Positions 1 to 9,858 of a stretch of 64,000 nucleotides of DNA are shown piece after piece. Both the position numbers and the translations under genes were made by a program. Within the stretch, counting starts at the first letter, position 1. Each line of letters begins with the position of its first letter. The DNA is from a candidate division FCPU426 bacterium (GTDB taxonomy: Bacteria > Oederibacteriota > PGYV01 > Palsa-1178). The stretch is from the NCBI GenBank assembly GCA_963840035.1, contig CAWIXE010000003.1:288001-352000 (forward strand), given 5' to 3'. The notes beneath the pieces were generated by a model. It searched no databases. It worked only from the letters and a program-made list of their open reading frames with translations, and had not been told where the DNA came from.

Positions 1-684
1 CTTTTTACTTCTGATAAACCGGTGCCGGCTTCAGTGCTGGCCGGCGTGCTTGAATCAGGGGCCAAAGAAATACAGGAAACAGTAGAGCGGGTGAATGCCC
101 ATCTGCGCGATACCGGCTCGCCGGTGATGATAAAGGAAATCGCGGGAGGTTATGAATTTTTAACCCTTCCCGAGTTCGCGCCTTACATTAAAAAACTTTA
201 CAAGAACCGGTACTTAACCAGGCTGTCCAGGGCAGCCCTTGAAGTGCTCGCCATAATCGCTTACAAACAGCCAATCACCAAGCAGGAAGTGGAATCCATC
301 AGGGGCGTAAACTCCGACGGCGTTTATCATACCCTGCTTGAAAGAAAACTGGTAAGGATAGCCGGAAGAAAGGAAGCTCCGGGCAGGCCGCTGCTATACG
401 GCACGACCAAGGAGTTCCTGCAGTACCTTGGCATAAATTCAATGGAAGACCTCCCGAAGATAGAGGAGATTAAATCCATACTCGAAAAGGATGAATTTAC
501 CGAAAGCTGGGAAGACAGGATAGAGACGGCTAAGAACCAGACCGTCTTTGAATTCAATCAGGAGCAGGGACAGCAGGCGCCTGCCGCCCGCGTGACCAGC
601 CTGGAAGAGGATTTAACCGCGCTTCAAAATGAACCTAAGGAAGAAACCGCAGGCAGCCCCGGAACAAGGGGAAGCAAAAGGTGA
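1..684 (+). CDS. scpB: SMC-Scp complex subunit ScpB (5'-partial; acidic tail probably continues in another frame to 865)
   Basis: LSRAALEVLAIIAYKQPIT, IRGVNS and GRPLLYGTTKEFLQYLG motifs; frame open from base 1. Confidence 0.95.
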   Translation, partial: LFTSDKPVPASVLAGVLESGAKEIQETVERVNAHLRDTGSPVMIKEIAGGYEFLTLPEFAPYIKKLYKNRYLTRLSRAALEVLAIIAYKQPITKQEVESIRGVNSDGVYHTLLERKLVRIAGRKEAPGRPLLYGTTKEFLQYLGINSMEDLPKIEEIKSILEKDEFTESWEDRIETAKNQTVFEFNQEQGQQAPAARVTSLEEDLTALQNEPKEETAGSPGTRGSKR

Positions 685-854
685 AGATACGGAAGATGAC
701 GAAGAAGATGATGAACTGAAAAAAACCGCTGAAGATGAAGACGGGTCAAAAGACGATGAAGATGACGACGAAGATGAGGATGATGAAGACGACGAGGACG
801 AGGACGAAGAGGACGACGAAGAGGAAGATGAGGACGAAGAAGAAGAGGATGAAA

Positions 855-2069
855 ATGAAAAATAACAACAGGACACACAGCGCGAACCGCAAGTGGGGGG
901 AAGCGCGTGTAAATGACCGCAAAGCCAGGGAAACAAAAGGGGAGGACAAGCCCCGGGGCGAATGGCATAAAAAAGATGACGCGCGTCAGGGCGCCAAACC
1001 CGCTTGGGGAAATAAAGGCGGGAAACCCGCGGGAAAGCACGGGCAAAAACCTTACGGCACAAAATCCAAATTCGGGGATAAGGCATTTAAGTATTCACCG
1101 CGGAGTTCCAATGCCGAAGCGGGATACCCGTCCGTTAAAAAAGATGAACCGGGGGCAGGTTCCAAATGGCAAAAGCATCAGCCGGTAAAAAAATCAAATT
1201 ACAGGCCGAAGCCTGAACATATAAAAACTTCGCCGATCCCGAAATGGGCCGGCAGCGACCGTAAGCTCGATATCCCCAACCTCCCGAAGGGTATTGACCC
1301 GGATTTTAGTACGGACAACCTGGAAAACCCTGCGGGAATGAAACTCCAGCAGTACATCGCCCACGCCGGCATAGCCTCCAGGAGGAAAGCTGAAGACTAC
1401 ATACGCCAGGGCAGGATAACCGTAAACGGGATAACAATCACAGACGTGACGGCGAGGGTGAATGAAAAGTCCGACCATGTGAAGGTTGACGGGCACCTCG
1501 TAAAGACGGAAAAAAAGGTTTATATAGTGATGAATAAGCCCGAGGGCGTCATTACATCCGTAACAGACGACAAGGGAAGGCAGACTGTAGTGGACCTGCT
1601 CGCGGATAAGATAAAACAGCGCATATACCCGGTGGGAAGGCTTGACTTTAACACCACTGGCGCGCTTATCCTGACAAATGACGGAAATTTCGCGAACCTT
1701 ATAATGCACCCGAAGTTTGAAATACCAAAGAGGTACGTGGCAAAAATAAAGGGCAGGATCGCGCCATACGCTATAAACAGGCTGAAGAAAGGGCTCAAGA
1801 TTGTAAATGAGGATGAGACCGAAGGCAGGTTCATACAGGCGTCGGACGCGGGTATATATAAGAGAAACGACGCGAACGACCTCGTGTATATAACCATAAA
1901 GGAAGGCATAAACCACCAGGTCAAAAGGATGCTTGAAGCCGTAGGCGCCTCGGTCATACGCTTAAAAAGGGAAAACATCGGGCCTGTCACATGCAGCAGG
2001 ATGGAGCCGGGACAGTGGCGCTATATGATGGAAAGCGAGATAAATTATTTTTACAGGGGGAAAAAATGA
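855..2069 (+). CDS. rluB: rRNA pseudouridine synthase (RluB/RsuA family) with S4 domain and long basic N-terminal extension
   Basis: GIASRRKAE S4 motif, NKPEG, catalytic GRLD; ATG 855 follows GAGG; scpB-rluB adjacency. Confidence 0.88.
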   Translation: MKNNNRTHSANRKWGEARVNDRKARETKGEDKPRGEWHKKDDARQGAKPAWGNKGGKPAGKHGQKPYGTKSKFGDKAFKYSPRSSNAEAGYPSVKKDEPGAGSKWQKHQPVKKSNYRPKPEHIKTSPIPKWAGSDRKLDIPNLPKGIDPDFSTDNLENPAGMKLQQYIAHAGIASRRKAEDYIRQGRITVNGITITDVTARVNEKSDHVKVDGHLVKTEKKVYIVMNKPEGVITSVTDDKGRQTVVDLLADKIKQRIYPVGRLDFNTTGALILTNDGNFANLIMHPKFEIPKRYVAKIKGRIAPYAINRLKKGLKIVNEDETEGRFIQASDAGIYKRNDANDLVYITIKEGINHQVKRMLEAVGASVIRLKRENIGPVTCSRMEPGQWRYMMESEINYFYRGKK

Positions 2070-3130
2070 AGAACCTAAGCCCTTACAGGAAAGCCATTGA
2101 CACTATAGACAGGCAGATAGTAACCCTGCTGCAGAAGCGGGCGGATAACTCGAAGCATATCGCCGACGTAAAGAACCTGCTGGGGCAGGAAGTATATGAC
2201 CCGGCCAGGGAAGCGGAAGTGCTGCGTAACGTGAAAAAGGTCAAAAAAGGGCGGCTTTCGCCTGAGGCCATTGCGGCCATTTACAATGAAATATTTTCGG
2301 CAAGCCGCGCCATACAGAAAAAAATCAGCGTGGCATACCTCGGGCCCGTGGCATCATACTCGCACTTAGCGGCAATTCCCAGGTTCGGAAAGTCCACTGA
2401 ATACGTACCGGTGGATTCCATCAGGGATGTCTTTATGGCTGTTGAAAAGTCCAACGCCGACTACGGCTGCGTACCGATAGAGAACTCCACCGAAGGCGGG
2501 GTTAATTATACCTATGATATGTTCGCGGATTCGGACTTAAAGATATGTTCGGAAATACTCCTGGAGATAAAGCATAACCTCCTTTCTAACGCGAAAAAAC
2601 TAAAGGACATTAAGACCCTGTACGTGCACCCGCAGACGCGCGCGCAGTGCAGGAGCTGGATAGAGACAAACCTGCCGGACGCCGAGTTAACCGAAGTTTC
2701 CAGCAACTCGAAATCGGCCATGATGGCGGCCAAGGATGACTCGTCAGCCGGCATAGCCAGCGAACTGGCAGCGGAAGAATACGGGATAAATATCTTTGCC
2801 CGCGCCATACAGGACTCGGCAGACAACTACACAAGGTTTTTCATTATAGGAAACCAGAAGAACAGAAAGTCAGGGGACGACAAGACCTCGATTATGGTCT
2901 CTATTAAGGATAAAGTGGGCGCGCTCTACAGCCTGCTGAAACCTTTCCAGAAATACGGAGTCAACCTGACAAACATAGAATCAAGGCCGTCAAAGAAAAA
3001 AGCGTGGGACTATCTTTTCTTTGTGGATTTTTTAGGGCATATAGACGACCCGAAAGTGAAGAAGGCTGTATCTGAAGTGGAAAAGAGCTGCGGAGCGGTT
3101 AAAATTTTGGGGTCTTACCCAAAATTTTAG
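2066..3130 (+). CDS. pheA: Chorismate mutase / prephenate dehydratase (P-protein)
   Basis: N-terminal CM helices, PIENSTEG, NYTRF, IESRPS, ACT domain; ATGA overlap with rluB stop. Confidence 0.95.
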   Translation: MKNLSPYRKAIDTIDRQIVTLLQKRADNSKHIADVKNLLGQEVYDPAREAEVLRNVKKVKKGRLSPEAIAAIYNEIFSASRAIQKKISVAYLGPVASYSHLAAIPRFGKSTEYVPVDSIRDVFMAVEKSNADYGCVPIENSTEGGVNYTYDMFADSDLKICSEILLEIKHNLLSNAKKLKDIKTLYVHPQTRAQCRSWIETNLPDAELTEVSSNSKSAMMAAKDDSSAGIASELAAEEYGINIFARAIQDSADNYTRFFIIGNQKNRKSGDDKTSIMVSIKDKVGALYSLLKPFQKYGVNLTNIESRPSKKKAWDYLFFVDFLGHIDDPKVKKAVSEVEKSCGAVKILGSYPKF

Positions 3131-3286
3131 AGGGATGGCGAGACAAGAGATAGGAGATAGGAAGGAGAACTAAACAAAGAGACAAGAGACAAGAGACAAG
3201 AGGGTGTTTGTTTCCTCCTGTCTCCAGTCTCCTGTCTCGCATTTACTCTACGCCGGTTTTAACCGGCAAACTTAAGGAGCACTTAC

Positions 3287-4312
3287 ATGGCAAAATCAGA
3301 CATGTACAAAAGCGCGGGCGTTGACATAGACGCAGCAGCAGGGGCGCTGAAAAAGGCAAAGGCATTCATAAAATCGACCTTCAACAAGAATGTCGCCACC
3401 GACATAGGTTCTTTCGGCGGGGTATATAAGATATCAAAGGACAAGTTCCTCGTGGCCTCGACCGACGGAGTCGGTACGAAACTGAAGATTGCCCAGCAGC
3501 TGAACATACACACAACGGTCGGACAGGACATAGTAAATCACTGCACCAACGACATACTTGTCATGGGCGCAAAGCCCTTATTTTTCCTTGATTATTTCGG
3601 GACAGGAAAGCTTGAGGCAAATGTGCTGGTGGATGTCATAGCAGGCATGTCAAAGGCCTGCAGGGAAAACAGCTGCGTTTTAATAGGCGGCGAGACAGCG
3701 GAAATGCCGGGCATGTATAAGCCGGGGGATTATGACCTGGTTGGCACGATAATAGGCGAGATAAATAACGGAAAGATAATAACCGGGGATAAGGTCAAAC
3801 CCGGCGACATAATACTCGGGTTAGGTTCGGTGGGTCTCCACACCAACGGATTCTCGCTCGCGAGAAAAGTATTTGAATCGGCAAAGATGCCCTATACAAA
3901 GCAAGTAAAGGAATTAAAAGGCACGCTGGGGCAGGCGCTGTTAAAGCCGCACAGGTCATATTTAAATTCCATGTTTCCGGCCATAGAAAAATACTTCTCC
4001 TCCATCCACGGCATAGCGCACTTAACCGGCGGCGGATTTTATGACAATATTAACAGGGTGCTTCCTTCAAACTGCGACGCGGTATGCATACGCGGACTGT
4101 GGGATGTATTGCCCATATTTGACCTGATACAGCAGGTCGGCAGCATTGAGTGGAAGGAAATGCACAGGGTCTTTAACATGGGCATCGGGCTGACAGTGAT
4201 AGTGGACCCGAAAAAAGCAAGGGAAATAGGGAACTTCCTCGCGAAAAAAGGGGAAAAGGTTTATGGGATAGGGCAGGTAGTCAAAGGCAAAGGCGAAGTT
4301 ATCGTAGAATAA
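3287..4312 (+). CDS. purM: Phosphoribosylformylglycinamidine cyclo-ligase
   Basis: YKSAGVD, STDGVGTK, GAKPLFFLDY, GGETAEMPG, HTNGFSL, FNMGIG. Confidence 0.97.
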   Translation: MAKSDMYKSAGVDIDAAAGALKKAKAFIKSTFNKNVATDIGSFGGVYKISKDKFLVASTDGVGTKLKIAQQLNIHTTVGQDIVNHCTNDILVMGAKPLFFLDYFGTGKLEANVLVDVIAGMSKACRENSCVLIGGETAEMPGMYKPGDYDLVGTIIGEINNGKIITGDKVKPGDIILGLGSVGLHTNGFSLARKVFESAKMPYTKQVKELKGTLGQALLKPHRSYLNSMFPAIEKYFSSIHGIAHLTGGGFYDNINRVLPSNCDAVCIRGLWDVLPIFDLIQQVGSIEWKEMHRVFNMGIGLTVIVDPKKAREIGNFLAKKGEKVYGIGQVVKGKGEVIVE

Positions 4313-4519
4313 GTTTTTTCGTGAAAAGCAGGGCTGCACCCGCCACGGGATAGTTTCCATTATGGATTGCGCAGTAGCGCAGGCCATAATGGAAACTATC
4401 CCGCAGCGGGTGCTATGAAAGTAACATGAAAAAATAGTTGGGTACTGTATCTGCCGTTTTGTGGGATGGTTGAGGCAAGGAAGGTATGATATAATATATA
4501 AAAAATCAGGAGGTGGGAT

Positions 4520-5080
4520 ATGGCCAGCGAATGGATAATATTTTTATCGGCAATGGGCGCGTTCGTTCTTTTGATCATTTACATTTACAACAGACTTATC
4601 ATGTACAAGATGAGGTCAAAGGAAGCTTGGGCCCAGATAGATGTGCAGCTTAAGAAAAGGGCTGACATGATACCGAACCTCGTGGAGACAGTCAAAGGCT
4701 ATGCCGCGCATGAAAAAGGCGTGCTTGAAAATGTCACAAAAGCGCGCGCTATGCTGCAGGACGCTCCTGCCGGCAATACAGCCAAAATAGCCGAGGCGAA
4801 CAATATGCTCACAGGCGCTCTAAAATCCCTGTTTGCAGTAACTGAGAACTACCCCAACCTCAAGGCAGACCAGAGTTTTAAGGCGCTGCAGGATGAAATA
4901 GCCGCGACAGAATCCAGAATCGCGTACGCCAGGCAGTTTTTCAATGAATGCATAATGGTATATAACCAGTATCAGCAGGTATTTCCCGCGGTAATGTTTG
5001 CCGCGCTCTTTGGGCACAAACAGGCTGAGTTCTTCCAGGCGGAAGAGGCTGACAGGAAAGTACCGGAAGTAAAGTTCTAA
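4520..5080 (+). CDS. lemA: LemA family protein
   Basis: N-terminal TM, WAQIDVQLKKRADMIPNLVETVKGYA, ENYPNLKAD. Confidence 0.95.
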   Translation: MASEWIIFLSAMGAFVLLIIYIYNRLIMYKMRSKEAWAQIDVQLKKRADMIPNLVETVKGYAAHEKGVLENVTKARAMLQDAPAGNTAKIAEANNMLTGALKSLFAVTENYPNLKADQSFKALQDEIAATESRIAYARQFFNECIMVYNQYQQVFPAVMFAALFGHKQAEFFQAEEADRKVPEVKF

Positions 5081-5183
5081 AATAAAGCCCGGAGCCCAAA
5101 GCCCAGAGCCCAAGGTTGAAAACGTAACTTGGGATATGAGCTTTGGGCTTTTTTTCAAGCACGGGCTAAAACACGAGGTTTTA

Positions 5184-6080
5184 ATGGTCTACGAGTCCAT
5201 ATCCGAGAACAAGCGCAACACTTTTTTCCTCATGCTTATATTTATCCTCGTTATTGTCGGATTGGGATATTTGATCGGCGAGCTTTACGGCAACCCTTAC
5301 GCGGGCATTGTCATTTCATTCCTTGTATCGGTTTTTTCGGTGTACTTCTCATATTATTACAGCGATTCCATAATCATGACTTTAAGTGGGGCGTCTCCCG
5401 CTGACAGGGCCATGCATGGAAACCTTATAAATTCCGTGGAGGGGCTCGCGCTGGCCGCCGGCATCAGGACTCCGCTGGTGTATGTCGTAGACAGCGAGAT
5501 GATAAACGCCTTTGCCACAGGCAGGGATCCAAACCACGCGGCTATAGCCGTCACCACCGGGGCGTATGTAAAACTTAACAAGCAGGAGTTGGAAGCTGTG
5601 GTGGCGCATGAAATGAGCCACATAAAAAATTACGACATATTAGTCGGGTCTGTGGCTGCCGTGCTTGTGGGCACCATAGTGATACTATCCGACGTCATAA
5701 AAAGGAACATGTTCCGCAGTTCCATGGGAAGGGCTGAGGCCAGGCGCGGGATTGTGTTTGTGTTAATAGCTGTTTTAGCCGCGCTTTTAGCGCCGCTTGT
5801 GGCCATGATAATTAATTACGCTGTTTCAAGGCAGCGGGAATTCCTGGCGGACGCGCAGGCATGCCTTCTGACGAGGTACCCGCCGGCCATGATAGACGCC
5901 CTCATAAAGATTAAAAAAGACAATGCCCCGGCTGAAGCGTTTAATAAGGGGATTGAACACATGTATTTTACAATTCCAGCAGCCATGAGGAATGACATGC
6001 TTTTCTCGACACACCCGCCATTAGACGCCAGGATCGCAAGGATACAGGGGATGGATAAGGTTAATACTGCAGGTAATTGA
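5184..6080 (+). CDS. htpX: M48 zinc metalloprotease HtpX
   Basis: NAFATG, HEMSH zinc motif, SRQREFLAD, FSTHPP; ATG 5184 after GAGGT; follows lemA. Confidence 0.93.
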   Translation: MVYESISENKRNTFFLMLIFILVIVGLGYLIGELYGNPYAGIVISFLVSVFSVYFSYYYSDSIIMTLSGASPADRAMHGNLINSVEGLALAAGIRTPLVYVVDSEMINAFATGRDPNHAAIAVTTGAYVKLNKQELEAVVAHEMSHIKNYDILVGSVAAVLVGTIVILSDVIKRNMFRSSMGRAEARRGIVFVLIAVLAALLAPLVAMIINYAVSRQREFLADAQACLLTRYPPAMIDALIKIKKDNAPAEAFNKGIEHMYFTIPAAMRNDMLFSTHPPLDARIARIQGMDKVNTAGN

Positions 6081-6229
6081 CAATTAAATAACCGCAACTT
6101 TTCACCCTTCCAACTGTCTTAATACCGGAGATGGATAAAGGCTGTTATAAAAAAGATCCCTCACCTTTGATATATGGCCTTTGTTTTCATCTCCTTTTTA
6201 TCTTTACTTCTGAAAAACCTCATTATTTA

Positions 6230-6257
6230 TTGACAAGCAGGTATTTTGTGGTATAAT
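6230..6257 (+). promoter_or_regulatory. Sigma70-type promoter of NifU-like gene
   Basis: TTGACA ... TGG TATAAT (extended -10). Confidence 0.6.
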
Positions 6258-6357
6258 ATCACTAAGAAGGTGATATACTAAAGATGTTGATAAATATGGA
6301 AGAATGGTTTATAGTAAAAACACCAAAGGCTTACATGCCTAATAAACGGAGGATTTT

Positions 6358-6585
6358 ATGTTAAAGGAAAAAGTAGCGGCAGTGATAGAGGATTTAAGGA
6401 AGTTTCTCCAGGCTGACGGCGGGGATATAGAGCTTGTGAATGTGGATGAAAAATCAGGCGAAGTACAGGTAAGGCTCCAGGGAGCCTGCGCAGGATGCCC
6501 CATGGCCCAGATAACCCTGACACAGGGAGTGGAAGCGAAGATTAAAGAAGAGTTGCCGGAAGTTAAGAAGGTTGTGGCAGTATAA
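6358..6585 (+). CDS. NifU C-terminal (Nfu) domain Fe-S carrier protein
   Basis: LQADGGDIEL, GACAGCP (CxxC). Confidence 0.92.
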   Translation: MLKEKVAAVIEDLRKFLQADGGDIELVNVDEKSGEVQVRLQGACAGCPMAQITLTQGVEAKIKEELPEVKKVVAV

Positions 6586-6669
6586 GGCATTTTCAATTTG
6601 AAATTTTCAATTTTCAATTAATGGCTTAAAAGCTTTAAATTGAAAATTCAAAATTGAAAATATCAAATT

Positions 6670-6834
6670 ATGTATTCTTCCTTCTGCCAACACGAGAACA
6701 AAGAGAATTGCGTGCTTTTAAAGAAGCCCTGCGTGCCCGGGCAAAAAGGGTGCGTTATAGTCAGGGCCGGTTATAAGACGGTGGAGTTTGAGTCAAAAGT
6801 AAAAGGCCGGAAGAAAAAACGGCCTGAACGATAA
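6670..6834 (+). CDS. Small Cys-rich hypothetical protein (54 aa), not in ORF track
   Basis: Manual translation MYSSFCQHENKENCVLLKKPCVPGQKGCVI...RPER*; ends directly before a terminator. Confidence 0.55.
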   Translation: MYSSFCQHENKENCVLLKKPCVPGQKGCVIVRAGYKTVEFESKVKGRKKKRPER

Positions 6835-6874
6835 AAAACAAAAGCGCGGATCATTGATCCGCGCTTTTGTTTTT
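6834..6874. terminator. Bidirectional intrinsic terminator
   Basis: AAAAACAAAAGCGCGGATC-ATT-GATCCGCGCTTTTGTTTTT between convergent genes. Confidence 0.85.
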
Positions 6875-6884
6875 GTCAATTGTG

Positions 6885-7817
6885 CTATTCCGGCATCTCT
6901 CCCGGATTGTTCACCAGGAAGGAAACGTGTTCTTTTAAGAGTTTGGTGGAATCAAAAGAAAGCCCAAATTCCTTTTTTATTTTGTCCACTTTATACAGGC
7001 GGGGCTTGTTTGACCAGCCCAGGTCCTTTAATACTATCTTTGCGTCAGGTTTTCCTTTGCGCAGGGGGCGCGAAAAGTCCACTGCCCATTTTGCCACGTT
7101 TTCCCATGTTTCAAAATTCTTTGCCAGCCCGTAGTAAACCTGGTTGGTAGCCCTGCCCGCAAGCACTTCCACGTAAATCTCAGCCAAATGCCCGGCCCAT
7201 ATAAACTGCGTCCCGTCGTGTTTTATAAGCTCAATGGTTTTTCCCGATGCGGCGTTCCTGCAGATATCAAAAAATCTTTTGTCATTTTCCATGGCCCCGC
7301 CGGCAACAGCCGGGTTGCCGAAAGTATATCCGGGCCTGATGGTGTTGAAATGGATGTGTTTGAAATATTTTGAATAAGCAGAGAGGAACATCTCCGTGGA
7401 AGCCTTGGTAGCCCCGTAAAAATCATCCGGCTGGGGTTTTGCGGTCTCGTCAGTATTGCCGGATAGGCTGCCCTGGGCTGCCGTGGAAGAGGTAAATATA
7501 ATCTTCTTCGCGCCCGCCTTAATGCCAAGTTCAATGAGTTTTACGGAAGAGAGGGTTTCATTTAGTATCATATCAGGCCCGGTATCGCCCCAGCAAAGGG
7601 CGATGTGCACAAGGGCATCGGGTTTTTTAATGACGCGCTTTAAGGCGGCAAAGTCATCCATAGGAGCCTTCACCACGCGTACGCCCTTTAAGTCCTTCAA
7701 CCCCGGAGCCTTTTTAGGGTTCCTGGCCAGGACTATGACTTCATGCTTGTTTTCGCTCAAAGCCTTCACCACATAAGACCCAATAAACCCGGTACCGCCG
7801 GTAACGTAGATTTTCAT
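6885..7817 (-). CDS. NAD-dependent epimerase/dehydratase (extended SDR)
   Basis: TGGTGFIG, FTSSTA, YGATK. Confidence 0.9.
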   Translation of the reverse strand: MKIYVTGGTGFIGSYVVKALSENKHEVIVLARNPKKAPGLKDLKGVRVVKAPMDDFAALKRVIKKPDALVHIALCWGDTGPDMILNETLSSVKLIELGIKAGAKKIIFTSSTAAQGSLSGNTDETAKPQPDDFYGATKASTEMFLSAYSKYFKHIHFNTIRPGYTFGNPAVAGGAMENDKRFFDICRNAASGKTIELIKHDGTQFIWAGHLAEIYVEVLAGRATNQVYYGLAKNFETWENVAKWAVDFSRPLRKGKPDAKIVLKDLGWSNKPRLYKVDKIKKEFGLSFDSTKLLKEHVSFLVNNPGEMPE

Positions 7818-8216
7818 AAACCCTCCTGGTTGTTATAGCGTAATAATTATAGCATATTTTAATTTAAAACAAAAGGTTCCCACCCGGAGAGCCAGCAAGC
7901 CGGCTCTCTACAGGTTAATCACAAAAATACAAAGTTATCGTAGAGAGGGGGCTTGCCCCTCTCTAACGCAGGACTACATTGGGAGCAGGCAAGGCAGTTC
8001 TTTACAATAATTTGTAGAAGGCGAATATCATGCGCACGAGCTTTAAACCCTGTGGCAGGTGGCTTGCTAATGCCGGCGTTTAGGGCCGGCAGGATATAAT
8101 CCTGCCGCTACGAAATGCGTAAAAATAATATTGACTTTTAAATTATTTTTTATATAATCTTGCGTTATAGAGGGGCAGAGCTAAACTTGCCAAATTTTTA
8201 CCCGGAGGGGAAAAGT

Positions 8217-9842
8217 ATGTCTACAAGGTGGGCTAAGTGTATTTTGTTATTTCTATTTTTACCTGTTTTATCATCCGCGAACGCGGGGTTTGAAATGGGG
8301 GTTTTTGGCGGCGTAAGCAGCGCTAAGATGGGGGCGTATAACGACTTCATCAGCCAGGCAAACAGCTACAACACTTCACTGGGAATTAATTCATCACTCA
8401 AGACTATCGGAATAGGCGCCATGCCTGAGTTAGTTGCCGGTTACAATCTGGACATCGCGCCGTTTTACCCTGGTATTTATTTTAAAAACAATTCCATGTT
8501 TGTCTTTGACACCAAAAGCAGCGCCGCCTGGAATAACGGCATTTTGGCGCAGGTCATCAGGGCTGATTTCTCCACAGTTTACAGCGCCTTAGGCATAAGG
8601 TGCAGTTACACTGACGCGGCTATTCCATGGCTGTCAGGATATATAGGGGTTGACGCTGGCATATGCCACTACTACGCAAATTACATGGAAGAGGAAGCGT
8701 ATAAGATTGACGGTGGAAACCTGTATAAGATAAGGAAAGAGTGGAAGACGGCCATACCGGGCGGGTCGCTGGAAGGCGGCATGAACTTCTGGCTCAATGA
8801 AACCATGGGGTTAGGCTTAAAAGGCGGCTACAGGATTGCAATGGGTAAAGTGGCTGTGAGGATAAAAAACATAAGCGGGTGGACAGGCGAGAGCCAGGGC
8901 GAGGATTCCGTGGATTATTCGGGTTTTTACGGCGGTGCGGGAATAGTATTTAAGTTCGCGCAGCCTGCAGGGCCGGACAGGGCCATAGAAGCGGGAAAGG
9001 GCGGCCAGTTCCCGGAACTTGCAGGAAAGCTTTATAACGAGGCATATGATTACTACACGGAGGGGATATACAGGCTGGCTGACGAGAAATTAACGCAGGC
9101 TGAAAAACTTTCCCCGGGCAATAAACTGGTTGGAGAACTGAAAGAAAAATTATCCGTAGAGCTGAAGGCGGAAAAAAGCGCTGCAAGGGTTGAGAAGTTG
9201 ATTAATGAAGCTGACGCGCTCCGCGCCGGAGGCAAATATGCCAGGGCCAGGGTGAGGTATTCCGAGGTTAAGGCGGCTGACCCGTCAAATGAAACATCTG
9301 ATTTCTTTTTAAAGCAGTTTGACGCGAAAGCGGATGAGGCGGCTATTAACGCTGAAAATTTTGAAAAAGAAGGGAATTTGAAAAAAGCCCTTGACGCATA
9401 TAAGGAGGCGGCAGAATACGGTGATGAAGATAAGGAAATAAAGGGTAACATAAGCAGGCTGAAAGACCTGCTAAAAATAAAAGATGACAAGAACAGCATA
9501 TATAACGAAGGCGTTGACAGTTATAGAAAAGGCAATTACAGGAAGGCCGCGGAGCTGTGGGAAGAGGTATTGAAACTTGACCCTGCCGACACTGAAGCGT
9601 CCGCAAACCTTAAATTGGCGAGGAAAAAAGCCGGGGATACCCTGGATACGGAAAAAAAGCAGGTTGAAAAGTCGGTCGAAGAGGCTAAAAACGAATTTAG
9701 TATAGGCCGCATGGAAGAGGCGACAAAAAAATGCGAATACGCGCTCAGGCTGGACCCGGGCAACGCGGATTGCATCAAGATAATGAATGATATAAAAAAA
9801 GCGCAGGAGACGGAAAAAGAAGAAGTAATGAATAAAAGATAA
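8217..9842 (+). CDS. Secreted protein: N-terminal beta-barrel-like domain plus C-terminal TPR repeats
   Basis: Signal peptide, alternating beta pattern ending YGGAGIVFKF, TPR motifs (WEEVLKLDPAD, ALRLDPGN). Confidence 0.7.
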   Translation: MSTRWAKCILLFLFLPVLSSANAGFEMGVFGGVSSAKMGAYNDFISQANSYNTSLGINSSLKTIGIGAMPELVAGYNLDIAPFYPGIYFKNNSMFVFDTKSSAAWNNGILAQVIRADFSTVYSALGIRCSYTDAAIPWLSGYIGVDAGICHYYANYMEEEAYKIDGGNLYKIRKEWKTAIPGGSLEGGMNFWLNETMGLGLKGGYRIAMGKVAVRIKNISGWTGESQGEDSVDYSGFYGGAGIVFKFAQPAGPDRAIEAGKGGQFPELAGKLYNEAYDYYTEGIYRLADEKLTQAEKLSPGNKLVGELKEKLSVELKAEKSAARVEKLINEADALRAGGKYARARVRYSEVKAADPSNETSDFFLKQFDAKADEAAINAENFEKEGNLKKALDAYKEAAEYGDEDKEIKGNISRLKDLLKIKDDKNSIYNEGVDSYRKGNYRKAAELWEEVLKLDPADTEASANLKLARKKAGDTLDTEKKQVEKSVEEAKNEFSIGRMEEATKKCEYALRLDPGNADCIKIMNDIKKAQETEKEEVMNKR

Positions 9843-9858
9843 AAATATAGGGGGGAAT

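Noticed and set aside
735..854. RluB N-terminus MKTGQKTMKMTT... from the ORF track
   Set aside because: Shadow frame of the Asp/Glu codon run; ATG 855 has the SD.
613..1086. Minus-strand poly-Ser ORF and other antisense ORFs in the track
   Set aside because: Reverse-complement shadows of real genes; no recognisable motifs.
3131..3286. Purine-related riboswitch before purM
   Set aside because: Region is a heptamer inverted repeat plus a small hairpin; no aptamer consensus recognised.
6131..6256. 41-codon ORF after a GCAAC...GTCTTA motif
   Set aside because: Overlaps the Nfu promoter and has no recognisable features; unsupported.
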